Origin: a virus
Virus record (IMG/VR): IMGVR_UViG_3300036817_000261
Location: 10,106-74,105 of that record
DNA length: 64,000 nt
Strand: one strand, 5' to 3'
The notes below the pieces were generated by a model. It saw only the letters and a list, made by a program, of their open reading frames with translations, made no database searches and was not told where the DNA came from. This document shows, in pieces, positions 27,161-36,255 of this stretch. The position numbers and the translations under genes were made by a program. How positions within the stretch are numbered: position 1 is the first letter of the stretch; every line of letters begins with the position of its first letter.

Positions 27161-27327
27161 AACTTTTTCAAGGTCTTGGCGAGTCGCGCCCGCTCCCCGA
27201 CCTTGCCTCCCTTCGCGGCAGCTTTATCTAATTTCTTAGCTGGTATCTTCTGTCCTTTTGGAACTCCCAGATCCTTGTGTAAGGCCCCAGGCTTCTTGAT
27301 TGCACCTTTGATCCAATTCTTTGCCAT
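27157..27327 (-). CDS. 56-aa Lys-rich phage protein (not in the ORF track)
   Basis: MAKNWIKGAIKKPGALHKDLGVPKGQKIPAKKLDKAAAKGGKVGERARLAKTLKKF; GGAG RBS. Confidence 0.75.
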   Translation of the reverse strand: MAKNWIKGAIKKPGALHKDLGVPKGQKIPAKKLDKAAAKGGKVGERARLAKTLKKF

Positions 27328-27337
27328 AACAATGCTC

Positions 27338-28786
27338 CTATTTCGTTGGTGAATAAATCGAGGGTTGTGCGTCCAGAGCCACGGCTAGAGGCACCGCATA
27401 GACGTTGCCGGTGTCGTTGTCCAGAATGATCAGGTTGTTGCCCTGGATGTATATCCTGACCTGGGCCGGTGGCGGCCCTGGCGTGACCACTATGGGGTTC
27501 CCGACACCGATTGTGCCTTGGCCTACTGGCCCATAGCCAGGACCGCTGTAGCGGTCGCCTACGGTGTTCAGAGCCGGATCCGAAGGACGGGGCCCCAGCT
27601 CCATTGGAGGCGCTGGGCCTACTGCGGTGATGAGGCCGGTCTGGTTCTGGCCGTTGTAAGGCGGGAAAGGCACATTCCCAGGGCCGAATTCCCGAACCGG
27701 CACTGTGGGTGGTCCCGCTGGAAAGCTGATCGGTAAAAAGGGAGGGTTCCCGCCAACTGGGCCGGGCGGCGGCGGCGTAGGCGATTGGATGGTTACATTG
27801 GCGACTCCAGCGAAGGACATGTTCCCGCTGAGTGATAGGTTGATTGGGTTACCTATCTGGGCGACACCGCTCATCCCCATCGACCCTTGGAGGGTTAAGG
27901 GCATGCCAACTTGTGGCGAGGCCAGCCCGGTCATGGCCATGGCACCCGTTAACTGAACTCCTGTTTGCCAAACAGCCTGTCCGGCGAGACCCATCGAGCC
28001 GGTCAAGACGGGACCCAGCAAGAAGCTCAGCGCGGCCACCCCCGTAAGCAGCGAAGCACCCGTCAGGTCGGTTTCAACACTCAGGGTCAAGGACAAGGCC
28101 CCTGTCATCCCCATGGAGCCAGAGACCGTGGGAGTTATGCTGCCGCCTCCTGAAGATCCCTGTAATCCGACAATCGCAGAACCGAAAACCCCGCTAGTTG
28201 AGGTGAAAACGCAAGCCACGCCACTTTGCGGAGATGCGACAATCTCGTAGGAGAATCCGCTATGGTTTGTCGGTGTGAATAAAAAATTAGCGTTAAAGGG
28301 AGCCGCTGCGGCAGTGCAGGAGCCTGCGGGACTGCAACCAACGATGATAATATCGTTAGATCCTGCGGTCGTAATGCTGGGCGTTGTCGGGTTGGTTGTA
28401 GCGCTGCCACTGTTGCCAGCAGGCGTTCCGTCAAGAGTGACGCTTACCGGCATACCAGAGAGTTCCATCACGACGACGTCTTGCCCTCCAGTCGGCGTAC
28501 CGCTAAGGCTCACCGTAACGGTAGGCGTTGTGCCACCTAGAATATTAGGAGCAGCCCAAATTTCGACGTGCCCATAGCTAGCAGTCCCAGGCTGAGCGAT
28601 AATTTTCGAAAAAGTGCCTGCGCCAGTCGAAAGCGTGATTCCAGTAACCGTGAGAGGCGAAGCGCCAAAGCAGAAAGATATAACTACGAGAGTGTTCCCG
28701 TTGGTGGTCGTTCCAATCGCGCCGGTTACAGTATTGCCTGCAATCGTGTGGATATCTGCAACTGCCTGAGCTAGAGCAATAGCCAT
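27338..28786 (-). CDS. virion-associated/minor tail protein
   Basis: Gly/Thr/Ser-rich beta domain, LxGSMxxxG repeats, Pro-rich C-terminus. Confidence 0.7.
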   Translation of the reverse strand: MAIALAQAVADIHTIAGNTVTGAIGTTTNGNTLVVISFCFGASPLTVTGITLSTGAGTFSKIIAQPGTASYGHVEIWAAPNILGGTTPTVTVSLSGTPTGGQDVVVMELSGMPVSVTLDGTPAGNSGSATTNPTTPSITTAGSNDIIIVGCSPAGSCTAAAAPFNANFLFTPTNHSGFSYEIVASPQSGVACVFTSTSGVFGSAIVGLQGSSGGGSITPTVSGSMGMTGALSLTLSVETDLTGASLLTGVAALSFLLGPVLTGSMGLAGQAVWQTGVQLTGAMAMTGLASPQVGMPLTLQGSMGMSGVAQIGNPINLSLSGNMSFAGVANVTIQSPTPPPPGPVGGNPPFLPISFPAGPPTVPVREFGPGNVPFPPYNGQNQTGLITAVGPAPPMELGPRPSDPALNTVGDRYSGPGYGPVGQGTIGVGNPIVVTPGPPPAQVRIYIQGNNLIILDNDTGNVYAVPLAVALDAQPSIYSPTK

Positions 28787-28793
28787 AATATTC

Positions 28794-30137
28794 CTAGTGC
28801 GAAATCCGAGCCACGATCAGTTTACTAGGGCCGCCCATTCCTCCTGAGCTCGGATTTACAATGCCGGGACTTGCTAGCCCACTAAAAGCCATGCTTCCGA
28901 CAACCACGATAGGCAACGTGCCACCACCACCCTGCGTACGATTGATCAACGGGTGCGGATAGGTGTAGGGAACATAAGCAAAGTTGTTCTGTGCCCCTGC
29001 GGCTTTCTGATAAATGTTTAGATTTGTCGGAATTGAACCCTGTGCGCCTAAATCAATGAAGTTGGTCCCGGCTACAACATTGCTGGAGCCCGACCCAGAA
29101 GGCATCGCGATGGTGCTAGCACCCACACCATTGTTCCACAAATAATAGGGCGAATTGGTATTCGATGCCGTAATCGATCCAACGACAATGCCAGCTCCTG
29201 GCCCATAACTAGGTGGCGTGTTGGTGTAATCAGAATAGAAATTTATTGTGCCTGCACCGAGGTTGGGACCACCCGCAGTTACATTGTTGTAAATGAAGCC
29301 GGATCCCCCTCGCAGAATCATGAAGTTGGCTTGGTTCTGACTAGGCGGCACGTAGAAGGTATTGCTATAGATCTCAATCCACCGGGCACTGACGTTGACG
29401 TTGCCGTGCTGATCGATGGAACTAAAATTCAAATAGTTATACCGGAAGACTGATCTGCATCCATAGTAACCTTCGGTGATCTTGTTAAATGGCGAGGTTT
29501 GCGAGCAGACGCATCTGCAATTCTCGACATAGAGCATCTGGTTGGTGCCCGGAATAATATCATCTACCCAGCCAGCAGTAGACTGATAACCAGTCCCTTG
29601 GTTATGGATGGTTTCAGATGCTCCGCCATTAGTGAAGGTGCAATGATCCACTAACCCATAACCGTTGCCGTCAAACTCCATGAAGACAACGTCCTGGGTG
29701 CCAGCGCTGAAAGAACAATTATCGATCCTGAAAAGATCGTTAGCTGAACTCCCTGTCATTTTTATCGAGCAGGGATTGAATGTCGTGCCGTAAGTGACCG
29801 AAAGACCGAAGGCTATCCCAGAAATCCTAAGATAGTTTCCGCTTGAGCCTGGATTAACCAGAAACGGAACCCCGCTGGTCGAGTTCCAGTTAATGATGGT
29901 AGGAAGCGACCCGACATTCCCTTGATCGCCGATGCCACCGAGACTATAACTCGACCCAATGATCGAGATGCTTTTTGTGAACGAGACTCCGGTCGACCAG
30001 CTAAAGGTGCCGGTCGGAAGCGTTATAACATCGCCATCAGAGGCGAAAGTATTGACTATGTACTGGACACCCTGTGTTCCAGAAACATAGCCGCCGCTTC
30101 CTCCGGTGTCCGCTCCGTTGCTATTCCAAGTAGCCAC
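28794..30137 (-). CDS. beta-helix (pectin-lyase-like) tailspike/depolymerase candidate
   Basis: GDVITLPTGTFSW...RISGI...RIDNCSF...GLVDHCTF...YVENC...VFRYN...EIYSNTF...RGGSGFIYNN. Confidence 0.65.
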   Translation of the reverse strand: MATWNSNGADTGGSGGYVSGTQGVQYIVNTFASDGDVITLPTGTFSWSTGVSFTKSISIIGSSYSLGGIGDQGNVGSLPTIINWNSTSGVPFLVNPGSSGNYLRISGIAFGLSVTYGTTFNPCSIKMTGSSANDLFRIDNCSFSAGTQDVVFMEFDGNGYGLVDHCTFTNGGASETIHNQGTGYQSTAGWVDDIIPGTNQMLYVENCRCVCSQTSPFNKITEGYYGCRSVFRYNYLNFSSIDQHGNVNVSARWIEIYSNTFYVPPSQNQANFMILRGGSGFIYNNVTAGGPNLGAGTINFYSDYTNTPPSYGPGAGIVVGSITASNTNSPYYLWNNGVGASTIAMPSGSGSSNVVAGTNFIDLGAQGSIPTNLNIYQKAAGAQNNFAYVPYTYPHPLINRTQGGGGTLPIVVVGSMAFSGLASPGIVNPSSGGMGGPSKLIVARISH

Positions 30138-30142
30138 ATTCT

Positions 30143-30619
30143 TTAATAGAGGGTGAAAGTAACTCCCGCCGGGCCTGGGGACGCTGCTGCTAGGATAACC
30201 TGAACGGTAAGCCCGACAGGTTGAGCCGTCGCCAGATCAATAAAGAAGTCCACGTTGCCACCAGTCGGTCCGACCGTGTCGCAGAATCCGAGCGCCCCGA
30301 GGGTCTGAGCGGTCCCGGCGACTCCGGGCTGAGTAATAGTGTTGGTGTTCTTGAAGACTACGCCTGTGCTGCTGGCATAGGCGGTGATTGTCCACGACGC
30401 CGTGGGACTGGCCCCCATTGACTGCCGGGCATAAGCCGTATCGCTAGAGGTGAGCCATTCAACGCCGGTTGTGGGGGATTTAGCGGCTGCCGTGAAGTTG
30501 TTAGTATAAAGCGCACACCAAAGACCTGAGGGAATCGGGTACGCTCCAGTCGTGATACCGGTAATCGTGTTTACTAGGCTAGCGTCTGCCGCAGCCGTAA
30601 AGCCTGAACCTGCTGCCAT
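30143..30619 (-). CDS. minor tail/fibre-associated protein
   Basis: ALYT...GVEW...YARQ...KNTNTITQP pattern of phage minor tail proteins. Confidence 0.6.
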   Translation of the reverse strand: MAAGSGFTAAADASLVNTITGITTGAYPIPSGLWCALYTNNFTAAAKSPTTGVEWLTSSDTAYARQSMGASPTASWTITAYASSTGVVFKNTNTITQPGVAGTAQTLGALGFCDTVGPTGGNVDFFIDLATAQPVGLTVQVILAAASPGPAGVTFTLY

Positions 30620-30622
30620 AAT

Positions 30623-30802
30623 TTAGTACTTTCGTTCTTCTCTTGTCCGGCGTTCGTTTTCGTAGATGTACTCAGGAGTAATTACCTCACCTACCTGTTT
30701 GCCTGTCTTTTCCTCGACAAAGAGGATGTGACAACCACCCTTCATCCGGCTGCCGGACGGACGCGGAGGAGGAGTTGGTTCGTTAACAATTTCTGTACTC
30801 AT
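30623..30802 (-). CDS. 59-aa hypothetical protein (not in the ORF track)
   Basis: ATGA coupling; MSTEIVNEPTPPPRPSG... Confidence 0.5.
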   Translation of the reverse strand: MSTEIVNEPTPPPRPSGSRMKGGCHILFVEEKTGKQVGEVITPEYIYENERRTREERKY

Positions 30803-30990
30803 AAAAGATCGCTCTTTTCGCTGACTGAATGCCGTCCGATCTGGGCGAGCATATTCTTGGCTAGTTCCTTACGCATGTAGCGTGTCGGCACGCCTTGGGC
30901 CTCAATTCGAAGCCAGTCGCCCTCCTCATAAAATTTGAGGACGGGCTCTTCGAGCCTGACTTTTGGTTGTCTCGGTATGACTAAATCCAT
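30799..30990 (-). CDS. hypothetical protein
   Basis: TAATG coupling; MDLVIPRQPKV... Confidence 0.55.
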   Translation of the reverse strand: MDLVIPRQPKVRLEEPVLKFYEEGDWLRIEAQGVPTRYMRKELAKNMLAQIGRHSVSEKSDLL

Positions 30991-31199
30991 TACGGTCCTC
31001 CTCCGATGGTTTGCACGACAGTTGGCGTGATCACTTGGCCGTAACCGTCGATGTAACTTCCAGCCGGGAAAGTTCCTATTGGCGCGGGCGTCCCAGCAAC
31101 CGGGCCGCTCTCCCATCTGGTGACCGGATATCCGCCCGAAGGCGGAGGCCATGTGGGGAAAGGCGGCAGGCCGGGCTGGCCCATATTGTTAGTAGCCAT
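30990..31199 (-). CDS. Pro-rich mini-protein
   Basis: FPTWPPPSGG...ESGPVA shared with 31204..31512. Confidence 0.6.
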   Translation of the reverse strand: MATNNMGQPGLPPFPTWPPPSGGYPVTRWESGPVAGTPAPIGTFPAGSYIDGYGQVITPTVVQTIGGGP

Positions 31200-31203
31200 A
31201 AAT

Positions 31204-31512
31204 TTACATTCCTGTTGATCCCGGCCCCATGATCGGCGGCGGGCTGATCATCGAGATCTTGGGATCGGCTTTCAGGGGCCCAACCTCCATGGGCCGGTTC
31301 AGTGGCGGAAGCTGCTGGGGCTGGTTTTGGCCGTTACTGCCTAGGGCATAAAGCTGCGGATACTTGATCCCGTTAAAAGGCGGGAAGGGCTTTACCGTCG
31401 GGATGGTCGTCGGTTGCGGTAAGCCGCTGTGAGGTGCCGCGACTGGCCCCGTTTCCGGGGTCGGGAACGGCGCGCCTCCTGATGGTGGTGGCCATGTTGG
31501 GAATGTACTCAT
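31204..31512 (-). CDS. Pro-rich mini-protein
   Basis: FPTWPPPSGG...ETGPVA, PFPPFNG, NGQNQ, PMEVGP. Confidence 0.65.
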   Translation of the reverse strand: MSTFPTWPPPSGGAPFPTPETGPVAAPHSGLPQPTTIPTVKPFPPFNGIKYPQLYALGSNGQNQPQQLPPLNRPMEVGPLKADPKISMISPPPIMGPGSTGM

Positions 31513-31516
31513 AGTT

Positions 31517-32185
31517 TTATTTCGCTAGCGGGGTTGGGTCAGGCGCGAGGCCACTGGCCCATTCGGCTTTTAGCCGGGTTTCATCGAAATCGTAAACATT
31601 AACGTCGCAGGTGCCTTTTACTCCGGCCACGGTGTGAGGAATGGGCCCGCTCGAGCCGTCAGTAAACTGCCAGAGCCAGTAAGTTTTCCAGGCTTTGGGC
31701 AAGACGGCCCTAGTCGAATACTGAGCTAGCCACAGCCGGTGAGCACTCCAGAAAGTGTCGATGTTAGCTGCCAATGTTTCTTTGATCAGGTTTCCCGAAT
31801 AAAGAACCCCATGGTTAGGCCGCTTCAGCGTGGCTTCGACTCCGGTAAGCCATTGCTCAGCCTGGACTACTGACATGGTTTTATTGGCGTTGTTCTCAAA
31901 GTCTAAACAGAAGAGATCTTGAGCCCCAGGCTTAGCGAATAAAAGGAAGTTATCGATCTGGCTCTGGACCGGGCTCGAGTCCCCGAAATGATAGGCTCCC
32001 CATAAAAGCCCAGCTTCGGTGGCCGCTTCGCGCGCCTCATCGTAACTGACATCATGATAGCTTTCGCCTTCAGTGGCTTTCCAGATAACCCCGACGCATC
32101 CGGCCTGGGCTAAGGCTTTCAGGTTACAAGGCCATTCGTAGTGGCTTAGGTCCGGCAGAAAAACTTGGTTCTTTTTCCAGGTCAT
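31517..32185 (-). CDS. GH25 muramidase (endolysin)
   Basis: DLSHYE...KATEG...GAYHF...LDFE...LWLAQY...LWQFT...CDVN. Confidence 0.9.
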   Translation of the reverse strand: MTWKKNQVFLPDLSHYEWPCNLKALAQAGCVGVIWKATEGESYHDVSYDEAREAATEAGLLWGAYHFGDSSPVQSQIDNFLLFAKPGAQDLFCLDFENNANKTMSVVQAEQWLTGVEATLKRPNHGVLYSGNLIKETLAANIDTFWSAHRLWLAQYSTRAVLPKAWKTYWLWQFTDGSSGPIPHTVAGVKGTCDVNVYDFDETRLKAEWASGLAPDPTPLAK

Positions 32186-32187
32186 GT

Positions 32188-33807
32188 TTACGTTTTAATG
32201 ATGTAATTGATGGCCAAGTAAGGCGGGATGTTGTTATGCGCTGTGCCGCTGCCAGTATTGGCAAGAGCGGCGAAACCGGGATTACTATTAAAGGCGAGCG
32301 ACCGGTCGGAACCGGCAGTAGTACCTGCGCTAGGCCCACCGGTATTAGCAAAAGCGGCATTAGTCTGGCTAGCGTAATAAGTATTTCCAGCTGGTATATT
32401 GTCAGAACTTGTTTCTGTAGTTTGTGCGCCTTGCGCCAGCGCAACTCCTCCGCCCGGAGTTCCATAACCGCTAGCAAAATGCGCAGTAATCCTATGAGAG
32501 TGAGCAGCTTGTGGAGGCCAAGCATGGTAGTGGTCCATCCCGTGCGTATGGCCTTGCATACTGTGCAGGTGGTCCACTCCAGAGCAGAAATGGGCGTGCC
32601 CCAAATCCGTGTGACTATGCGCCGCCAATTCCGCAATAGTGAGCACGTGAGTCGCTTCGCCGCCTTTGCTAGCTAAAGGATAACTAGCGCCAGCGCCTAT
32701 GGGGAAATTGCCATTACTAAAGTCAGGCAGAGCAAAGGTCGAGCTGCCATCGCCCGCCCCGAAAGTGGTGGAAATGATCGAGAAAAGAGCGGCAAAAGTC
32801 GTGCGGGAAACGAGAGCTCCATTGCACAAAAGATAACCACCCGGCGCAGTGGGAGTAGGCCACATAAACATGGCCCCGGTCGGTGCCACCCCCACGAGTC
32901 CTTGCGGACCTTGCGGCCCGGCTGGCCCAACAATTCCCATTGGGCCTTGCGGGCCGGTCGCAGAGACATTGTTACCGATCGGCAGGACGGTGCCTTGGGG
33001 CGCGCCGCCGGGATAGCCCTGATTAACCAGAGCCATCGAGTTGTTAGTATTGTTAACACTCTGGACCGAGAAATAATCGCCTGCTTGGATAAAGACGATC
33101 TGGCCTGCTGCAAAAGGAGTCGAGTTTTGGACAAAGGCCGTCGCGGCATTTCCTACTGCCGGAACCGTGAAAGCCTGGGTCAGAGTCGAGAAGACACTCG
33201 CTCCGGCCACCCCTTGGGGGCCCGGAGGACCGCTTGGGCCAGCAATTCCTTGCGCTCCGCTTGGGCCTCGTAAGTTAGCTGCGCTAACGCTCACGCCAGC
33301 GCCGATCATGATGCCGCAGGGCGTGTTAGTAGGATCTCCGCTGTTAGTGATCTGGACCGTGTTCGGACCCAGGGGCGAACCCGTTACAGTGAAAGTTCCA
33401 GCGCCGGGGATAAAGATCAGGGCCCCGGCTATCATCCAAGAAGTGTCAGTGACAATGATCGTGTAGGGCACGTCCCCGACACAGGGGATCGTCATTGTCT
33501 GCTGCAGAATACTGATCGCGTTCTTGCCCGCCGGGCCCTGCGGGCCCCTGCCGCCTGCTAACCCCGGAGGCCCGATCTGACCTTGAGGCCCCGGCAACCC
33601 GAATCCTGCCTCGCCCTGTGGGCCAGGAGGCCCGCGCAAGACATCTACAAAACTCCAGACAGGAGGCGTACCGGGAGGGGACGAGGGTTGTGCTGCATCC
33701 CAAAAGCCTCCGTTATCGAGCGTATAACCCAGGTCGCCGACCTTGACGGTGACACCATCGATAGGAGGCAGCTGCGCCTGCGAAGCGACCTTAAAAAAGT
33801 TGGACAC
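32188..33807 (-). CDS. tail fibre with collagen-like repeats and tail-collar domain
   Basis: Three Gly-X-Y tracts, duplicated beta module, collar motif PTGAMFMW...YLLCNG...STFALPD, HSH repeats, HNNIPPYLAINYIIKT end. Confidence 0.85.
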   Translation of the reverse strand: MSNFFKVASQAQLPPIDGVTVKVGDLGYTLDNGGFWDAAQPSSPPGTPPVWSFVDVLRGPPGPQGEAGFGLPGPQGQIGPPGLAGGRGPQGPAGKNAISILQQTMTIPCVGDVPYTIIVTDTSWMIAGALIFIPGAGTFTVTGSPLGPNTVQITNSGDPTNTPCGIMIGAGVSVSAANLRGPSGAQGIAGPSGPPGPQGVAGASVFSTLTQAFTVPAVGNAATAFVQNSTPFAAGQIVFIQAGDYFSVQSVNNTNNSMALVNQGYPGGAPQGTVLPIGNNVSATGPQGPMGIVGPAGPQGPQGLVGVAPTGAMFMWPTPTAPGGYLLCNGALVSRTTFAALFSIISTTFGAGDGSSTFALPDFSNGNFPIGAGASYPLASKGGEATHVLTIAELAAHSHTDLGHAHFCSGVDHLHSMQGHTHGMDHYHAWPPQAAHSHRITAHFASGYGTPGGGVALAQGAQTTETSSDNIPAGNTYYASQTNAAFANTGGPSAGTTAGSDRSLAFNSNPGFAALANTGSGTAHNNIPPYLAINYIIKT

Positions 33808-33899
33808 TCTCTTTTGGAGCGGGAGGAGAGAGGAAAGCCAGCTTAGTCGTTCTTCAAGAGCTTCACTTTAGGCTGCGGGAGGAGTAAAAGTCCAGTGCT

Positions 33900-34196
33900 A
33901 TGAATACACTTAATGAGTTGCTTACCGTATTAGGTGATACCCAAAAGCTGAGCGCCGGGTATCTCACCCCAGTCGGTTCACCTAATCCTACTGCGCTCCA
34001 AACCCTGATCGCACTGCGCAAGCAATTCGATCCTTGGGTCCTCCTTCAGAACCCGCTCGCCAAACCGGTGAGCCTCTTGACACCCGCTTGGGTAGGCAGT
34101 TTAGGGGCAGGCCAGGACGCAATCTTTTTAGAAGATGTGCAAGGCCGGATTGATACCAGTCACACGCCAAAACCGGCTTACATCTTTGTTTCGTGA
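33900..34196 (+). CDS. hypothetical protein
   Basis: First ORF of the plus-strand arm. Confidence 0.5.
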   Translation: MNTLNELLTVLGDTQKLSAGYLTPVGSPNPTALQTLIALRKQFDPWVLLQNPLAKPVSLLTPAWVGSLGAGQDAIFLEDVQGRIDTSHTPKPAYIFVS

Positions 34197-34232
34197 TTGC
34201 ATTTTTAAAACAGAGGAGCACTCTGCAATCAA

Positions 34233-34433
34233 ATGCCCAATAAGCCTAAAGGGACGATTAAGGGCCACCCCATCACCAAAGCCCAACAGCGCCTATTCGG
34301 GACTGCTCGCGGGATGCAAGAAAGTGGCCGCTCGTCCAAATCGGCAGCTGGCAAGATCGCCAAAGACATTGCGCCCAGCGATCTTCACAAAATCGCGCAA
34401 AAACCCAAAAGCGGATACAGAAAGAAGAAGTAA
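34233..34433 (+). CDS. small Lys-rich protein (DUF3008-like)
   Basis: TKAQQRLFGTARG...DLHKIA; GAGGAG upstream. Confidence 0.6.
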   Translation: MPNKPKGTIKGHPITKAQQRLFGTARGMQESGRSSKSAAGKIAKDIAPSDLHKIAQKPKSGYRKKK

Positions 34434-34435
34434 GC

Positions 34436-34618
34436 ATGGCCAAGAAAGCACCTCCAAAACGCAAGAGCAGCTCTAAATCTAAAGCTCCACCCCCAGCTCC
34501 ATTCCCAATGGCTCGTGGAGGCGGCAAGAAACCCAAGGGCAAAGCACCTAAGATGCCGACCCTTGGCGGAAACTTGACCGGTCTGGGCGGGACCGGCGCA
34601 AGCGGCATGATTCCTTAG
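34436..34618 (+). CDS. small Lys/Pro/Gly-rich protein
   Basis: Starts 2 nt after the previous stop. Confidence 0.55.
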   Translation: MAKKAPPKRKSSSKSKAPPPAPFPMARGGGKKPKGKAPKMPTLGGNLTGLGGTGASGMIP

Positions 34619-34753
34619 ATTTTATTAAGCCCCGGAAGTGGCTATAATAACTGAGCCGTTGTCCCGTGGCTCTTTAATCTAACGGGGCATTTTCGTGTCG
34701 TAAATAGCTGAAAATCAGGGAAAACAGCTTCCGAATTCTTAAGCTTTATCCAC

Positions 34754-34789
34754 TTGACGCCACCCGGCCCCACTTCTAGGGTGGCGTTC
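34754..34789 (+). promoter_or_regulatory. leaderless promoter with overlapping inverted repeat
   Basis: TTGACG-N17-TAGGGT-N7-ATG; ACGCCACCC/GGGTGGCGT palindrome. Confidence 0.5.
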
Positions 34790-35059
34790 ATGCGTTCTGA
34801 TTCTTTTACGAACGTCTCTTTTCCACACGAGAAAAGAGATCTTCTCCGAAGTGCCGTCGCGCACTACGAATTTGGCAATCCGACCAATTTCTTCCGAATC
34901 TGCGGGCTGCTTTTAATCGAAGCCTACGAACAGGAAGCCGCCCTGGACCGGCCCCTGGGATTCCGCAAGAACGGAGTGTCAATTGCTAAGCTTCAGCAGC
35001 TTTATGCTAAAGACAAAACCCAGAAAACAACCATCCATCCCAATGAAACGCAGGACTAG
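34790..35059 (+). CDS. small putative regulator
   Basis: Beta-strand plus two helices (RHH-like); leaderless start. Confidence 0.45.
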   Translation: MRSDSFTNVSFPHEKRDLLRSAVAHYEFGNPTNFFRICGLLLIEAYEQEAALDRPLGFRKNGVSIAKLQQLYAKDKTQKTTIHPNETQD

Positions 35060-35567
35060 GCCTTCGAGGACCCAGCACCGGATGTTTAAAGGCATCCCGG
35101 TCAGAGAAGCTCGCGCCTCAATCCACGTTCAACCCAACCAGAAAGACATTGACGGCGCAACCCAGGAGTCGCCGGTTAACTGCGCTTACGCCCGCTGTAT
35201 CAGGCGCGTCCTCGACGCACCCAGTGTCTTCGTCTTTAAGACGATAGCCTACATCCAGACACTGGACGAAGCAGGCCAGCCACTCATGGAGCGTTACACT
35301 GTCAAGAAGTACGCCCGCGAATACCTGATGCGGTTTGATCATGGAGAGAAAGTGCCGCCGGGCGGCTTTGTGTTTCACCGGCCTAACCGGTCGGTGACCT
35401 TGACCTATAAACAGAAACAAGGGGCAATCGCGCGCCAGGAAGGCAGATACTCGCCCAGGGTGAGCACAGGCCCCAAAGTCAAACAGCGACAATTCAGTAT
35501 GCGTAACGGCAAAGGCTGCGTGCACCTTTTCGGAACGGAGGATCAGATTAAAATCTGGGCGACATGA
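35043..35567 (+). CDS. hypothetical protein
   Basis: DIDGA...PVNCAYARCI pattern. Confidence 0.6.
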   Translation: MKRRTRPSRTQHRMFKGIPVREARASIHVQPNQKDIDGATQESPVNCAYARCIRRVLDAPSVFVFKTIAYIQTLDEAGQPLMERYTVKKYAREYLMRFDHGEKVPPGGFVFHRPNRSVTLTYKQKQGAIARQEGRYSPRVSTGPKVKQRQFSMRNGKGCVHLFGTEDQIKIWAT

Positions 35568-35875
35568 GCACTAAAAAGTCTCCTTTTGACGATCTGGATG
35601 AGGACATGAAAAAGATGACAATCGATGTCGCCGTGATGCTGACCGCACTGGCCCAACGATTGCCACCGGCCAGCGAAAAGCTTCACCAGTTAGTGAGTGA
35701 GCATTTCACTAGGACCTACAATCTGCCTAACAGCGCGAAGTATGCGTTGCGCCACGCACTGGATCAGCTATGGGGGTCTGACTGGGAAGCCACCGTCTCA
35801 AAACGCGGACTGCGGCTAATCACCAGATTCGAGCCCATGCAAGGTGGAAACGGAGAAGCCAAGATCATCAAATGA
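35564..35875 (+). CDS. hypothetical protein
   Basis: ATGA coupling. Confidence 0.55.
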   Translation: MSTKKSPFDDLDEDMKKMTIDVAVMLTALAQRLPPASEKLHQLVSEHFTRTYNLPNSAKYALRHALDQLWGSDWEATVSKRGLRLITRFEPMQGGNGEAKIIK

Positions 35876-36213
35876 GCAGGTTGGCCCAAGGGCTAAAACT
35901 CACTATCGATCTGGAATTCGGCTCAAATCGACAATGGCTGAGTCTCACGCTGGAGGACGAGATGAATCTGACACGAGCGCAGGTCAACTGCCCGGTTCTG
36001 TGCACGACGCTGGACCGAGCATATCATCTGCGGGAGGGCCTAGTGATCGGGATGCGCCGCCTGATGCAGGAAGCTTTCGATCAGGATTTGATCTCCGACT
36101 ACCCTGGCGAGTTGATGACAGTCTGGAAACAACCGCAAGAGCTTCAGGAGCCTACACTCAGCACTTTGTTGGACGAGTCTATCCCATCCTTGACCGATCT
36201 GGGATCGCTATAG
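35872..36213 (+). CDS. hypothetical protein
   Basis: ATGA coupling. Confidence 0.55.
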   Translation: MSRLAQGLKLTIDLEFGSNRQWLSLTLEDEMNLTRAQVNCPVLCTTLDRAYHLREGLVIGMRRLMQEAFDQDLISDYPGELMTVWKQPQELQEPTLSTLLDESIPSLTDLGSL

Positions 36214-36255
36214 CTCTTTTTTCTAATCTCAAGTTCGCCTATTTCGTGGTAGAGC

